Shown here piece by piece: positions 27,401 through 39,509 of a stretch of 64,000 nt of DNA. Source of the stretch: Macrostomum lignano. Taxonomy: Eukaryota. The first letter of the stretch is position 1. Every line of letters begins with the position of its first letter. The translations under genes and the position numbers were made by a program. The DNA lies in NCBI GenBank assembly GCA_002269645.1, contig NIVC01001517.1, positions 62,001-126,000 on the forward strand, written 5' to 3'. The notes under the pieces were generated by a model that was not told where the DNA came from, did not search any database, and saw nothing but the letters and a program-made list of their open reading frames with translations.

Positions 27401-27648
27401 TGAGCTGCTGCTGTCCCTGCCCTCTGATCTCTCAGTGAGCTGCTGTCCCTGCCCTCTGATCCTTCAGTGAGCTGCTGTCCCTGCCCTCTGATCCTTCAGT
27501 GAGCTGCTGCTGTCCTTGCCCTCTGATTCTTCAGTCAGCTGCTGCTGTCCCTGCCCTCTGATTCTTCAGTGAGCTGCTGCTGTCCCTGCCCTCTGATCCT
27601 TCAGTGAGCTGCTGCTGTCCTTGCCCTCTGATCCTTCAGTGAGCTGCT
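24409..27648. repeat. 35/32-bp minisatellite array (~3.2 kb) directly upstream of the Smad start
   Basis: Unit CAGTGAG(CTG)2-3TCCCTGCCCTCTGATCCTT. 169-bp higher-order period in the distal part. Confidence 0.97.
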
Positions 27649-27861
27649 CTGGAGTCTGTATGGCGTTTTTCCTGTTAATAGAGGCCGCCTTTCTCTACAC
27701 TCTGACATAAAAGACGCGAAAAATGTGTTTTACACTATGTTAAAAATACCAATGCCAAAACAAAGCAGCGAGGACATTGTCAAGGTTTGACATGACTAGT
27801 TTAAACTTTGAATCTGCAAACCTTCAATGTGCCAGTGCAACAAGGAACTGAATTGCTACTT

Positions 27862-28858
27862 CGGGAATACGAGATTTGCTAGCAGGAAATCTGCTAGCCG
27901 AAGTTCGCTAGCGAGAAATTTGCTTGCCGAAATCTGCTAGCCAAAATCTGCTAGCCGAAATTTGCTAGCCGAAATTTGCTAGCCGAAGTTTGCTAGCCGA
28001 AGTTTGCTAGCAGGAATTTTTCTGGCCGAAAGTTGCTAGCAGGAATTTTGGTAGCGAGGATTTAGCTAGCCGAAATCTGCTAGCGAGAATCCAATCAAAA
28101 CCGGCAAGCAGCAATTTGGCTAGCCGAACTCAGGAAGTAGTAATTAGCTAGAGACAATTTGCTTGTCCAGTTTCGCAAGAATTTCACTAAATCCTCTGTA
28201 GCGTCGCTCCACTTTTACCAATCCTCTTCAAATCGGACACAATCCAATTTTCAACTATTTTGACACAATCGTGTATAAAGTTTCGAGTCTCGAAGTTAAT
28301 TCCTAACGGCACTGTGTACTTTTAAAGTTAGTCTGCTTTTCGTCATCGAGACAGCCACCCCAACCTCCGCCTCTCTTTCCTTCCTGACCACTGGACAGAT
28401 GTGTGAAGGGGGTTTAAAATTAACTAACTTTCAGCTGCCATAAGTTTGCTCCACATACAGCGATTGACTGCAAACTTGATACAATTCTTCATTGACTCAT
28501 TCTCTGTCTAAATATAGTCTTAACTTTGTACCTCAGTTAGAACAGAAACTGTAGGCATGTGAAGTTTGTCTGCTTTTTCTGTTGTTTGTGCTACTCACTC
28601 ACTCATTCCCCCAGACCAAGGATCAGGTGATAGGGCTCAATGTACATAGCAAATGTACAGTGTTTTGGAATAACTTTTTATAGCCTTTTCTGCCAGCAAA
28701 ATTCCTGCTAGCAAATCTCGGCTAGCAAAATCCTCGCTAGCAAAATTCCTGCTAGCAAGCTTCGGCTAGCAGATTTCGGCTAGCAGATTTCGGCAAGCAA
28801 ATTTCTCGCTAGCGAACTTCGGCTAGCAGATTTCCTGCTAGCAAATTTCATAGACCCG
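27862..28858. mobile_element. Non-autonomous DNA transposon (MITE/foldback-like), ~997 bp, TIRs built from GCTAGC-containing subrepeats, 6-bp TSD
   Basis: Left end CGGGAATACGAGATTTGCTAGCAGGAAATCTGCTAGCCGAAGTTCGCTAGCG.. matches the reverse complement of the right end over >100 bp. TSD CTACTT at 27856-27861 and 28859-28864. No transposase ORF. Confidence 0.88.
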
Positions 28859-29049
28859 CTACTTCAGCTGCTCTAGTTAGTTCTCATTTCCGGGTGAATT
28901 GAGTGGGGCTGTGCTGTGCCTGCCCGCGCTCTGGGCTGGGTTTGACTGAGCTGGGGGGCTGCTGGAGTCATTGGGTGCGAACTGCATTTGCCCTCCCCCC
29001 CTCCGCCAGTCTGCCTGCAATCTGAGCGATGACAGCAGGGCCTGAATGG

Positions 29050-32000
29050 CTTGCTTTAACTTGCCACTAGAGTGATCTGTATATGTTGCTAATAATATAT
29101 GACTGTCTTTAAATGGTGCTAGAATACACATATATCTTTCTCATACACCTTAAGGGTTTTCCTAGGCCCTAGATTAACATAGTCAAATAAATGCATAAGA
29201 CCCATAATGTGATATAGTTACTAATTCTTATGGTTTGTCTAGGCAATGAAGGCTGGAATTAATAGTGCATTCCATAGAACTATAACTATTGATAAGTGAT
29301 GGAAATAAATTGCAATATGAAATACGCAGCTCATTATTGAACTACTTATATATAAACCTCTTCTTATATCTTAATCTACATATAGGCATCAAAGAAATGC
29401 ATGCATAAAAATGACTATTTACAAGTTACTCTGTGCTAGAAGGCTAGACAGTCTGTATACTCCTAGCCTTTTTACTTCTACCTCAAGTGTCTATTATGCC
29501 TATCTATTGTAATGGCTATAGTAAGAAAGGTCAGAGTTTGCTAACACAAAAGGTGAAGCCTTACTAGGTGGGCTGATAAATATTTATTTATTTTGACTAT
29601 GGATAAAATCACACCACCTGAGTGGGGGTAGAGAATTGCCACAGTTGAAGTGCATGGATTTGTACATAATGTACACAAGGCCAATATACATATAAGTTGG
29701 GCTTGTGCGAGCACTACATCTATAAAATTATTAATATAGAGCCTAAGACACAATATACAGCCTAACAAAGAGCTGGGGCATTTATACTTATTGAATACAT
29801 TAATAAATACTATGAGTAAAACATCAAGATTGCCTTGTTAAATCTGATCACTAAATATACAATTACAATTAATAACAAAAGCTAGGCCTAGACAAAGGCT
29901 GAGATACCATATACTTGACAAAGAAAGAAATAACCCTAAATACCATATTGCAAAATTGAATTCTACCAACTTAAATAAAAAATATAAATTATATAAGCCC
30001 AGTTAGGGCTGACATACTATAGTCTAGACAATAGACATATCATTATCAAGTAAGTAAATGGCCTAAGTGAAATATCAAGATATAGATTAAAACTATAAGA
30101 GCCATGCCTATGCCTTATATTATATAGCATAGTTGACAATCAGTTGCAAAAAAGACAAAAGCATTGTTGCAATTGCTACTTGTTTATTTTTGTATTAACA
30201 TGTAATTGTCTCATACTTAAGTTGCTAGTTGCATAGGCCTTACCTGTCACATTTGTTTTTTTTTCTTTGGATCAGGGTAATCAATCACATAGCCAGGAGG
30301 GAGGCAGCAAAGACCTAGCCTGCTTTCAAAATTCTAAAGAAAAAGTTTCTTTTTCCCATGAAAATTTATACAAAAAATCTAGGCCATTTTGTAGAATTAT
30401 TTGTTAAACTTATGGTATGCATGTTTTTTAGCTATTGACATAAAATTCAAAAAATTAATGATGCCAACATTTTAGAAATGTTTTGGCATTAAAATATTGA
30501 CATATTTGTTAGTTTAAGGGCTAGGCAAACCTTTTGAGGTAGCATAATCTATGTTGGGGCAGGTTGTCTACCAGCCATTTTTAAGTGGAAAGCACTTTAT
30601 TTGCAATATTTGCAGCTGTCATGGGCAAAGAGTAATAGGGCTATCTGGCCTTAGAAGTTGCAATCCATGCAGTTTGCACATAACTCTGCACTAAATAAGA
30701 TAACTAGGTTCAGTCTACACAAGATTTTGTTTAGTACCCTAGCCTTTTAGCTGGAAAACATCTTGATGCAGCAATTGATAGGAAAGGAGAAGAGAAGGAA
30801 GGCACCCATATGTAGCAACACGGTCGTGCTCTGCAAATTGTGCTCCCAAATTAAAGTTGCCTATTTTGTGCTCTGGCAGATTATGAAGGCCTAGTCTGAT
30901 AGGCATGAGTACCAAAAAGCTACAGCAAAGCCCTTTGCTTTGGGGCAATTGGTTTGAAAGAAGCTCAGCAGCATGAAAAGGGTTCATACATGCGCAACCT
31001 CCAAAATTCGGCCAGCCATGTGACTTAGTTTTAACAAAAATGCAACATAGTTTTTGGCCAAAAATGCAACTTACATGTAAAAGAATTCAAAATTAACGCA
31101 ACTTTGGGTAAACGGCAGGAGTAACTATGACTGGCTTATTAAGGCAAAATGCCTCATCATCTACTTAGTACTACTTTGGTATTTATTTGGGTGGGCATTT
31201 TTGCAAAATACATTTGTTGGCCACCAAATCAGTCGGCCAGATCGGCCAACTCAGCTAACTGTTGCACATGTATGAGGGGGTATATAGGAGAAAAGCTTGC
31301 TATGTTCAAGTCAAAGAGCAAATACTGGGTAGTAAGCTGGAATGGGTGGACATATTGTTTCACACTAAAGGGAGGTGCTGCAATTATATTCTAGCACCAC
31401 AACTGCTTGGAGCAGGCACCAGAGAGCAGTTGGTTTCATTGACAAAGTTGATAGTACCGGAAGTGGGTCAAAAAGGGGAGGCTACATAGGAATATGTACC
31501 AAGCTTGGACATAGACACAAGTAATTTTGAAACAGATGAGGATCTAGGGGACACTTGTACAATGAGAATTGCTAAGACACCCTCCTTTTTATGGTATATA
31601 AAGGGGTGGATTTTGGCTATCTTGCAGAATCATTAATAAAACTCACAATATAGGCCTACAAATTTTAAGCTATTGACATGAAACTTTTCAAAAATGAATA
31701 TTTTCATAATTGCCAACATTTTAGAAAGGGTTTGGCATTAAAATTCTATTGTAAAGGTTACAATATAGGTCTAACTTTTATTGCAATTTTTAAGTTTTAC
31801 AGAATTTTAATGACTATTAACAATTATGCAATTATGAATTTGTATGCTGATGTCACTGGCAAAAATGTGTATATGGCCAAAATTAGTTACAAACTTAGGG
31901 GCTCTAAGGAGAAGGGTTTGGGGTTAGAAAAAATTTCATTGCTAAGCTGTGTGAAGACTAAAAAATACAGAAATTGTCAATCTTAGCAAAAGTGCTAGCT

Positions 32001-33340
32001 TACAAGCCAAGACATGTATATTTATCTTATTTACTATTTGTGACAACCCTCTGTAATATATATGCGCCACCTAGAGATACATTGCATATACCATAGTCTG
32101 GATCATGGCAGGCATATGCTAGAATAAAAAGTCATGTTTTTTTCAATTTTATGATGACGCTAAATTAAAAAAAATTATGCCTAGCCAAGAGTTGCTTGTA
32201 TGCCAATTGTTTTAAAGAATATATATATTTATAAATAAAACAGTTTTTTTACCATGGTGGTTTTTTGCTGAAAACTAATATTCTTTGTTTTAAATTTGTT
32301 TTTCTTGTAAATTTTGTAAATATTTATTTTTTATTTTAGTTTCTGGATATTTTAGGAGCTTTTATTGGTTGATATTTAACTACACAATTACATTAGCTCT
32401 CACAAGATGTCTATTCTTTGTAAACCAACTGTGTATACTTTATGTTGAACCTAAAAATTCTATATGCTAAGTGTATACCAAGATTGTCAATGAGAACAAA
32501 AATATACCAGAATTTTTCTGTGTAAAGGCCACCTTCCAAACTTATTATGGCCTTTTTAGATTTTTGGCAAAGCTAATAGATTGGCAAACAATATTAGCTA
32601 CTTCAAATAAACCCAATCAGGACCCATAGTCAAGAAAATGGCCTTTTTCATAGAAAATTCCAGCACAAAAGGGGGTTGGACATGCACTGCGCCGGCATAT
32701 TCTAGCATAAAAGCAGGCAAAAGAGAAAAATCTGGCACAATATGACACAAGACAAAAAAATTGGCACAATTTAGTGCAAGAAAAAACTTCTAATGAGACA
32801 ATATTTTCTCTGATAGCAAATTAACATATATAATTTCTTGTAATTAGCACTTTTTCTTTGCTGGTGTATTGATAGCTTTTTAATTAAATCACGTTAATAT
32901 TGCATTTTCTATGAAACATATTCAAACACAAGTTTTACTAGTGTTTTTCAAATAGAAAATAACTGATTTTTGTATTTTTTTCAAAAAGTTGTGGTACATA
33001 ATGTGAATAAACTTTTTTGATAAGAATAGTTCTGGCCCATGGCGCAAGCAAACTTTTTTGATAAGATTTGTTCTGGCGCATGGCGCAATCAAACTTTTTT
33101 AATAGGATTCATTCTGGCACAGGTATGCCATGATTCTGACTAGGCCTATAGATCAAGACCAAGCATTTTTTTAGCATTAGATATTGATTAATAATAACTG
33201 AATTGCCCTGTTTTGGTGATGCCTTGGCAACGCAAGGGTATAATACTAACATGAAAGTTTGAGTTTTTTTTTAGGGGAGGAGTATCATTAGACCTAGCAG
33301 AAAATATTAGGGCATAGCATATGCTCTATAGGCATAGTCT
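29050..33340. other. AT-rich, CpG-depleted block, probably a decayed repeat/transposon with relic reading frames
   Basis: About 20 CpG counted by eye in ~4.3 kb; CpG is common again after ~33350. Stop-interrupted frames at 30540-30990 (-) and 31140-31640 (+), mostly TAG/TAA. Internal direct repeat 30430-30500 / 31668-31745. Confidence 0.6.
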
Positions 33341-33547
33341 AGGTGGCCTTCCCTTTACGCCAGAAAATTCTGGCATATTTTTGCTCTCACTGACAATCTT
33401 GGCATACACTTGGCGTATAGAACTTTCAGGTTCAACATGAAGTATACACAGTTGGCGTACAAAAAATAGACATCATGTGAGGGCTAATATAATTGTGTAG
33501 TTAAATATCAACCAGTAAAAGCTCTTAAAAATAATCAAAAACTAAAA
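32334..33547. repeat. Long inverted repeat pair (~200-bp arms 32334-32533 and 33342-33547)
   Basis: By-eye alignment: 17 substitutions in the ~170-bp core. No clear TSD. Confidence 0.88.
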
Positions 33548-35573
33548 TTATGCCATATATGGCATAGCTAGCTATACTCCTATTATAGCTTTTGTTTTAA
33601 AAAATATCAATATAAAATAGGCCTAAGATATTGAAGTAGAAATGGTTGGAGGAAATCAGATTCTCAGGTGGGTGGAGAAAGTGGAAAAAGGAAAAACCAT
33701 TGAAAATGTATAACGAACGATTCGAGAATGCCGAAGCCTCTAGCTAAAACCACGTACAAAAGCATGTACTTTAAAAAACCGTATATACACTTAGTTAACA
33801 TGCAAGGCATTAAAAGTAAGCCCATGTAGAAAATAAATCACGTAAGTCTTAAAGCTTTAAAGCATGTTTAGGCTAATTTCTATTAAAAAAACACAATAAT
33901 ACTCTTTTCGAACCTAAACAATGATTCACATGCTTTAGACTGGAAACTAAGGCAGTTGAGAAAAAGGTAAAATTTAAATGCAAAGAGTTTTTTGCTTTTT
34001 ATGACTTAGCATATTAAGTTTATATATGTTTTCTTTTTCGTTATGTTAAGGCCCTTGGGGTTTTAAAACCGGAGATATCTAGATTTTTTGGACCCAAAAA
34101 TTTTAAATCTATAAAGTAGAGTAAAACTGATTTATCAAACGAAAAATGTAAGTCTCTTACAGTATTATACATCAAACGCATTTTTACTCTAAACACATTA
34201 AACTTACTCGACATGTATTGGAGTCCACAATAAAATTTGGCACGCTATATTTATAGATAAAATGTTTACATGTACATGCATACTTTAGTGTTTCTGCACT
34301 TCAAATGGTCGCAGTCGACACAGAGGAAGATGAAATTCTAGAGGAATATGAAGAGAGTTTTATCACAGCGGTAGACGCATCGGGTACCCGTTCATTCGGT
34401 GCGGGGTACGTATGCCAAGATGAGCAACAAAAAAGTGAGCTGGTATTATATATGTGCCCATGGAGCGAGGAGATAGTGTTGTGCATATTTCGAGGTTTTT
34501 GAACGTAAAGATAGAAGAGTGTGTATGCTTAAGAACTGACTAAACGCTGCAAACGACTGCGTTGAGGAGATCAAACATCAAAGCTATAAGGCTATCATAG
34601 TTCGTGCAATTGCATGCTTCTCCGGAGTCGCTGGGATGCCAACCCACTGTTAACATTGGAGTTGCATTGGAGCATTCAGTCGCTGGCCTGCGGGTCGAAG
34701 GGATCGAGGAATGCTGACTTACCGGTCACACAGAACATGCTAAAGAATAAGGCACGTTGACAATAATTTGCGCAGTGGTTGCTTGACTTGCCTCTGGATA
34801 ATTGTTAATTTATCTACATGTACAATTAAGCACATGTATTGTACAATGATGATCAGACGGGGTTCAGCATATGGATCGGACATGATCGTCTCTTGGGCGT
34901 GAATGTCATCTCCAGGCCATCTCACACTGCCTCGTGCCTGCGGTTGCACCACAAGATTTTGGGCCAAACGCTAACTATACAAATGTGTTCTAGGATTTCA
35001 TCAAAGAGTTTACTTACATGTATCACTGTTAACACCTGTGAGGACATCGAGAATAGATGTATAATCAATTCTGCAGTTAAAATTGGACGACGGCGTATGC
35101 TCGATTCCACAACCGGCGTGAGGGTCCCGGAACAATTTGAAGCTAAGCTGGCACTTTCTAATCGATTATTTAATTCCATGCTTGCACTTTCTGTTCGTTT
35201 CAAAATGTTGTACTAACCATGCATAGATCTTATATTCACTAGATAGGCCACTTTGTATTGCGGCAATAAGAAAAGTTCGACCGCTGTTTTTCGTCACTTT
35301 TGCGAAAAAAGCCGACATGGGTGGCTTAAACTTTGAGTTCAGTAGCTTAGTCCCTATTTTTGAGAATTTGATAGACTTCTCGCGAATTAAATAAAAAGCT
35401 ACTCCATCAAACTAAAGAAAGATGCATGCACTGCAGAGACTACTGACGAAATTGCGTTCAGTAGTTGATTTTCGCGCTGTCGCGAGCTGCAATTTTTTTA
35501 CATTAGGTTGATTCTATGGCCACATAAGTGGTTAATGAGTGGCCCATCTTGTGTATATATTTGATCTTTGGTA

Positions 35574-36352
35574 TCGCTTTTGACGCTCTAGATAAGACTT
35601 TAGACATTCAAAATAAGACTGCATAGGATCGCAAGCAAGGCCAGGCTAGCCACGGCCAGAGCAAGCCCTGTCTTGGCTGCAGGGATGGCTTGGCCATAGA
35701 CTAAAAAATGGAATATCAAAATGAGAATAAGACGCTCAATATGAGACCGGGAGTGAACGTAATTTATTTGCTTTTTGGCAGTCACCATACAGACTTTTTG
35801 GCAGACGTGAGGACATTTCCTTGAGTGTGAGGAAGGGATTTTCCTCCAGCGTCTCAGTCAGGAAGTCTCTCATCTCGTTGTCAGCCTTGCAATTTTCTTC
35901 TCTCCGACCGCCACGAGGTAGGGATTCAACTCTGCCATGGAGGCGGAACTCCGCAGCGATCCTAAAGGCGGACGCTCTCTTGATCTTGAGAATTTGAGCG
36001 GCAGCTAGGATGGTTGATCCATTGTTTACTGCGTCGATCAGACGCTGACGGTCTGCTGCAGGAATCGATGGTGCCATCACAGTGAAATCCAAGGGGTCAG
36101 ATGCAACCCAAGGGGTGAAGAAGGAGAGCTGGCTGAGGGTCAGAGGGTTAGAGCGATATCTGAAGGCTTTCACACTCAGTCTCATATTGAGCGTCTTATT
36201 CTCATTTTGATATCCCATTTTTTAGTCTATGGCCAAGCCATTCCTGCCGCCAAGACTGGGCATGCTCTGGCCGTGGCTAGCCTGGCCTTGCTTGCGATCC
36301 TATGCAGTCTTATTTTGAATGTCTAAAGTCTTATCTGGAGCGTCAAAAGCGA
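35574..36352 (-). mobile_element. Internally deleted Tc1/mariner-family DNA transposon (~780 bp)
   Basis: ~180-bp TIRs starting TCGCTTTTGACGCTC. TA duplication at 35572-35573 and 36353-36354. Internal truncated ORF encodes the transposase N-terminus. Confidence 0.9.
35800..36077 (-). pseudogene. Truncated Tc1-like transposase (paired-type HTH DNA-binding domain only, no DDE domain)
   Basis: MAPSIPAADRQRLIDAV..AAQILKIKRASAFRI..RGGRR..MRDFL..ENPFLTLKEM: two HTHs with a GRPR-like linker, then runs into the TIR. Confidence 0.8.
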
Positions 36353-36384
36353 TACTAAATAAACTTGCACATTTCAGAGCAATC

Positions 36385-37533
36385 ATGAGGCTGCAGTTGC
36401 AACTAATACTTGCAACCTGCATGAGCCTGACAACTGTGGTGTACTATTTAATTGCGAAGAACTCAATGCTGCCGCAGCCAGCTGCTTGGATTTTCAACCA
36501 GTCTGAAGCAAACTTTCAAGTTTTGAAGTCTCAAGCGCCGATTTACGCCATACCCTTGAATATTGAGGCTCTGAGGCTGAACTTCCCGAAGCTGAAGGAG
36601 GCCACCAAGAGGCACAGCGGGCCGCACAGAGGCCGGCTGGACCAGATGATGCTGAGCTACGTGCCGGAGTTCAACACTACAGCGTGGACGCTGCACAGCC
36701 CCAGCGGCAGGCGCTTCACCATAGCAGAGGTCCAAGCCGTCGCCAAGTCCACCATTCGGCCTGGCTATCCGGTGCCAAACGTTGCCCACTTTGTGCTCCC
36801 CTTCGGCGACACCCAGCTGCAGTTCCACCACATGGTCAGCCTCCTCAGCTGCGTGCACGTGATGAAGCCGCACCGCCTGATGCTGTGGTACGCTCCCGGT
36901 AGGTTGCCCACCGGACAGTGGTGGGACCGAGTGAGGAAGAACCTCACCGAGGTGGAGTGGGATGAAAAGATTATCATGGTGCAGAGGCCGGTCCCCAAAT
37001 CGGTGTACTCGGTGCCAGTTCACGGCAGAGAGCACCAGTCGGATGTGATGAGGCTGGAGGCCGTGCTCGTATTTGGCGGCGTGTACCTGGACATCGACGT
37101 GCTCGTGCTGAAGCCGCTGGACCCCCTGCGGAAGTTCGACTTCACCATCGGTAGAGAGGTTTCCTACGGTCTGTGCAATGGCATCTTCATGTCGGCTCCG
37201 AGTGCAACTTTTCTGGCCATGTGGCACACTGCATACCAGGTGTTCGATGATAACGCTTGGGGCGACCACTCTGTGAAGTTGCCGCACTCGATGCAGCTGG
37301 CGTTCCCGGACCTGTGCCACGTGGAGGAGGACAGCCTGGACCGGCCGAACTGGACTTCGGAAGAGGTGGTCTGGATCTTCGGGATCGGGCAGCAGCACCG
37401 CTGGGACTGGCGGAGAAAGAACTACGCTGTTCACCTGTACGGCAAATTCAACGATGAAAACATGTCTAGCGTTAGAAGCCTGAACTCCATGTACGGGGAA
37501 ATGTGCCGCTACATTCTTTTTGGGAGCAGCTGA
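36385..37533 (+). CDS. Glycosyltransferase family 32 (alpha-1,4-GlcNAc transferase-like, DXD), single coding exon, type II membrane
   Basis: N-terminal TM segment. VPNVAHFV, HQSDVMRLEAVLVFGGVYLDIDV (DXD), CNGIFMS..FLAMW..Y..F....W..HSV. TTTCAG acceptor at 36372-36377 just before the ATG. Confidence 0.9.
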   Translation: MRLQLQLILATCMSLTTVVYYLIAKNSMLPQPAAWIFNQSEANFQVLKSQAPIYAIPLNIEALRLNFPKLKEATKRHSGPHRGRLDQMMLSYVPEFNTTAWTLHSPSGRRFTIAEVQAVAKSTIRPGYPVPNVAHFVLPFGDTQLQFHHMVSLLSCVHVMKPHRLMLWYAPGRLPTGQWWDRVRKNLTEVEWDEKIIMVQRPVPKSVYSVPVHGREHQSDVMRLEAVLVFGGVYLDIDVLVLKPLDPLRKFDFTIGREVSYGLCNGIFMSAPSATFLAMWHTAYQVFDDNAWGDHSVKLPHSMQLAFPDLCHVEEDSLDRPNWTSEEVVWIFGIGQQHRWDWRRKNYAVHLYGKFNDENMSSVRSLNSMYGEMCRYILFGSS

Positions 37534-37804
37534 TGCCTCTGAGTTCGCTTTAAAGGTTCATATCTAGTATTCAGCGGTATTTTTACAGCAATCAATTTTA
37601 ACTAATTGAAACTTCTAATTCATTAAACGTTGCAAATATGCACTTTGTCCAGAGCATACTTTTGTGTTAACCTTCTATTTTAGTTATGGTTTGCTGTAAT
37701 TTCCTGACCTTAACTTGCATCAGTTGGCGAAATAAAGCAGCTCGTTTTGACAAGCCGCTAAACAAAGCGTGTTAATTGCGCTTGCATCAATAGGGCTTGA
37801 CGCT

Positions 37805-38165
37805 AGGGGGGCCGTAGCCCAGCGGTAGCGCGGCTGCTCTGGTGTGCCAGCGACCCAGGCTCGATTCCAAGTGCAGTCACATTGATTTGGGGCTGAATTG
37901 GAATCTCGGCTTGGCTCTGCTCGTGCAATTAACGGCCTTGAGAGCCAACCCCCCAAGGCGCAGTGAAGTGTACATGCCTAACGATAAAATAAAGTTAGGG
38001 CCGCTGTACAATCCTGTGTGAGTGTGTGCCTGCGTACGTATCCGCGCGCTTGTATGCCTGCTCAGGGGAGTCGGCGGAATGGGCAGTAATGCCTCTCGCC
38101 GGTTGTGTGCCTGTGTCGCTTAAAGTGCGCCAGGGTGCACACAACCCCCCTGCCTTTAATAATAA
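37805..38165 (+). mobile_element. tRNA-derived SINE (~360 bp)
   Basis: Pol III A-box TAGCCCAGCGG (37815-37825), B-box GGCTCGATTCC (37858-37868, one mismatch), TAATAATAA tail, 13-bp TSD AGGGCTTGACGCT at 37792-37804 and 38166-38178. Confidence 0.9.
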
Positions 38166-39509
38166 AGGGCTTGACGCTGAAGACTATATTTGGTGCATTA
38201 AGTGTTTTATATTAGTACGAAGAAGTATACCGATATTGATCCCATTTGGCTCTTCCCATTGCGGATGGTTAAGTAGAACATATAGCATAGAGTTAAGGGG
38301 TGTATTTATGTTTGTCTGTTTGCCTGCAAGTCACAGGTTGTTCCTGTAACTCAAAGAGGTTGTCTGTAAGCCACTGGGTTGTTGTCTGTATAGAAATCAA
38401 AACAGAACTTCTATGCTCAATGAGTCTTATGTCCATGAGACTAAGCTGACGTGTTGAGATTCTCTTCTTGTTCTTGCTTGAGAATGTCGGAAGAGTGAAT
38501 GTCTAATGTCACGTGTGCATGCCTTATAAAAAATATTTTTACCTAAGTGTAAAGATTCAAAAGCCTCAATTCCAGCTACATGTCCGTACAGCAATCCGAC
38601 TTCGCCTGCTGTACGGGATGTACATGCACGACATTGGTCCGCACCGCACCGTCTGCGGACAGTGCGACTCGGCGAGAGTGATGCTGTATGCAGACCTGCT
38701 GGCCTGAAATACAACTGCATTCAATAGCAAAAGTCCTCGATAAGCCCTCCAGATACACGCAGGCTAATAACCTGTTGAATATCTCGAGGGTTGGTTCAAT
38801 CGGCTTAAAGCGTGCTGTACTGTAAAGCATTTTTCTCGACAACTTTGCGTACTGCAAGAGGCGAACTCTCTCTGTCTTAAGCTGGTTAATAGCGGGCAGG
38901 TGTGAGCAATTGTCAAACCGCTGCGACAATTAGGCGTCAATCTGAGCTGCTTTAGGCGAGTCCCTTATAAGATAGTAAAGTTCATTTTTTGCCGAGCGGA
39001 GTCTCTTGCGCTGCTCAAATTTTGCCTCGCCTGAAGCAGCGATAAGGCGAGGCGCTGAGCCGCCATTACAAACGAGCCACCTCTCGGGCTCGGTTCAGGC
39101 GGGGACGGAGCTGCCAACTCACCTTGTGCACAAATTTCACTCTCTTGCTGGGGCTGCTCAAAACTTGCTATACGGCGAAATGATTCCGTTTGCAGACGAG
39201 ATCGACACGTCCTGCCTGCAGGACAGGAGGAGTGCAACACCACCTGGCTCAACACCGGTAACCTGCCCGCCATCATCTTCTTTCGGAGTGAGTCGCTTTC
39301 CCTCCCTCTGTTGCCAATGCTTAGCAGATCAAGAGTGTCAGACTCATCAGAGAGGGATGTCAGACAGGCAAAAGGGGGTATCAGACTGTCAGGAGTGTCA
39401 GACACATCAGAGTGACAGAGTGAGATGTCAAACGGTGGGATGTCAGTTAATTAATACAGAAGAAAGGTCGAGTACATGCGCAATGGTTCATAATTTATTT
39501 AACCTTCAG

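Noticed and set aside
34301-35216. Short ORFs that look like decayed coding sequence
   Set aside because: No motif identifiable by eye; needs a translated homology search.
38576-38929. CxC..CxxH pattern resembling a SWIM finger
   Set aside because: Spacing does not fit CxC-xn-CxH and there is no transposase context.
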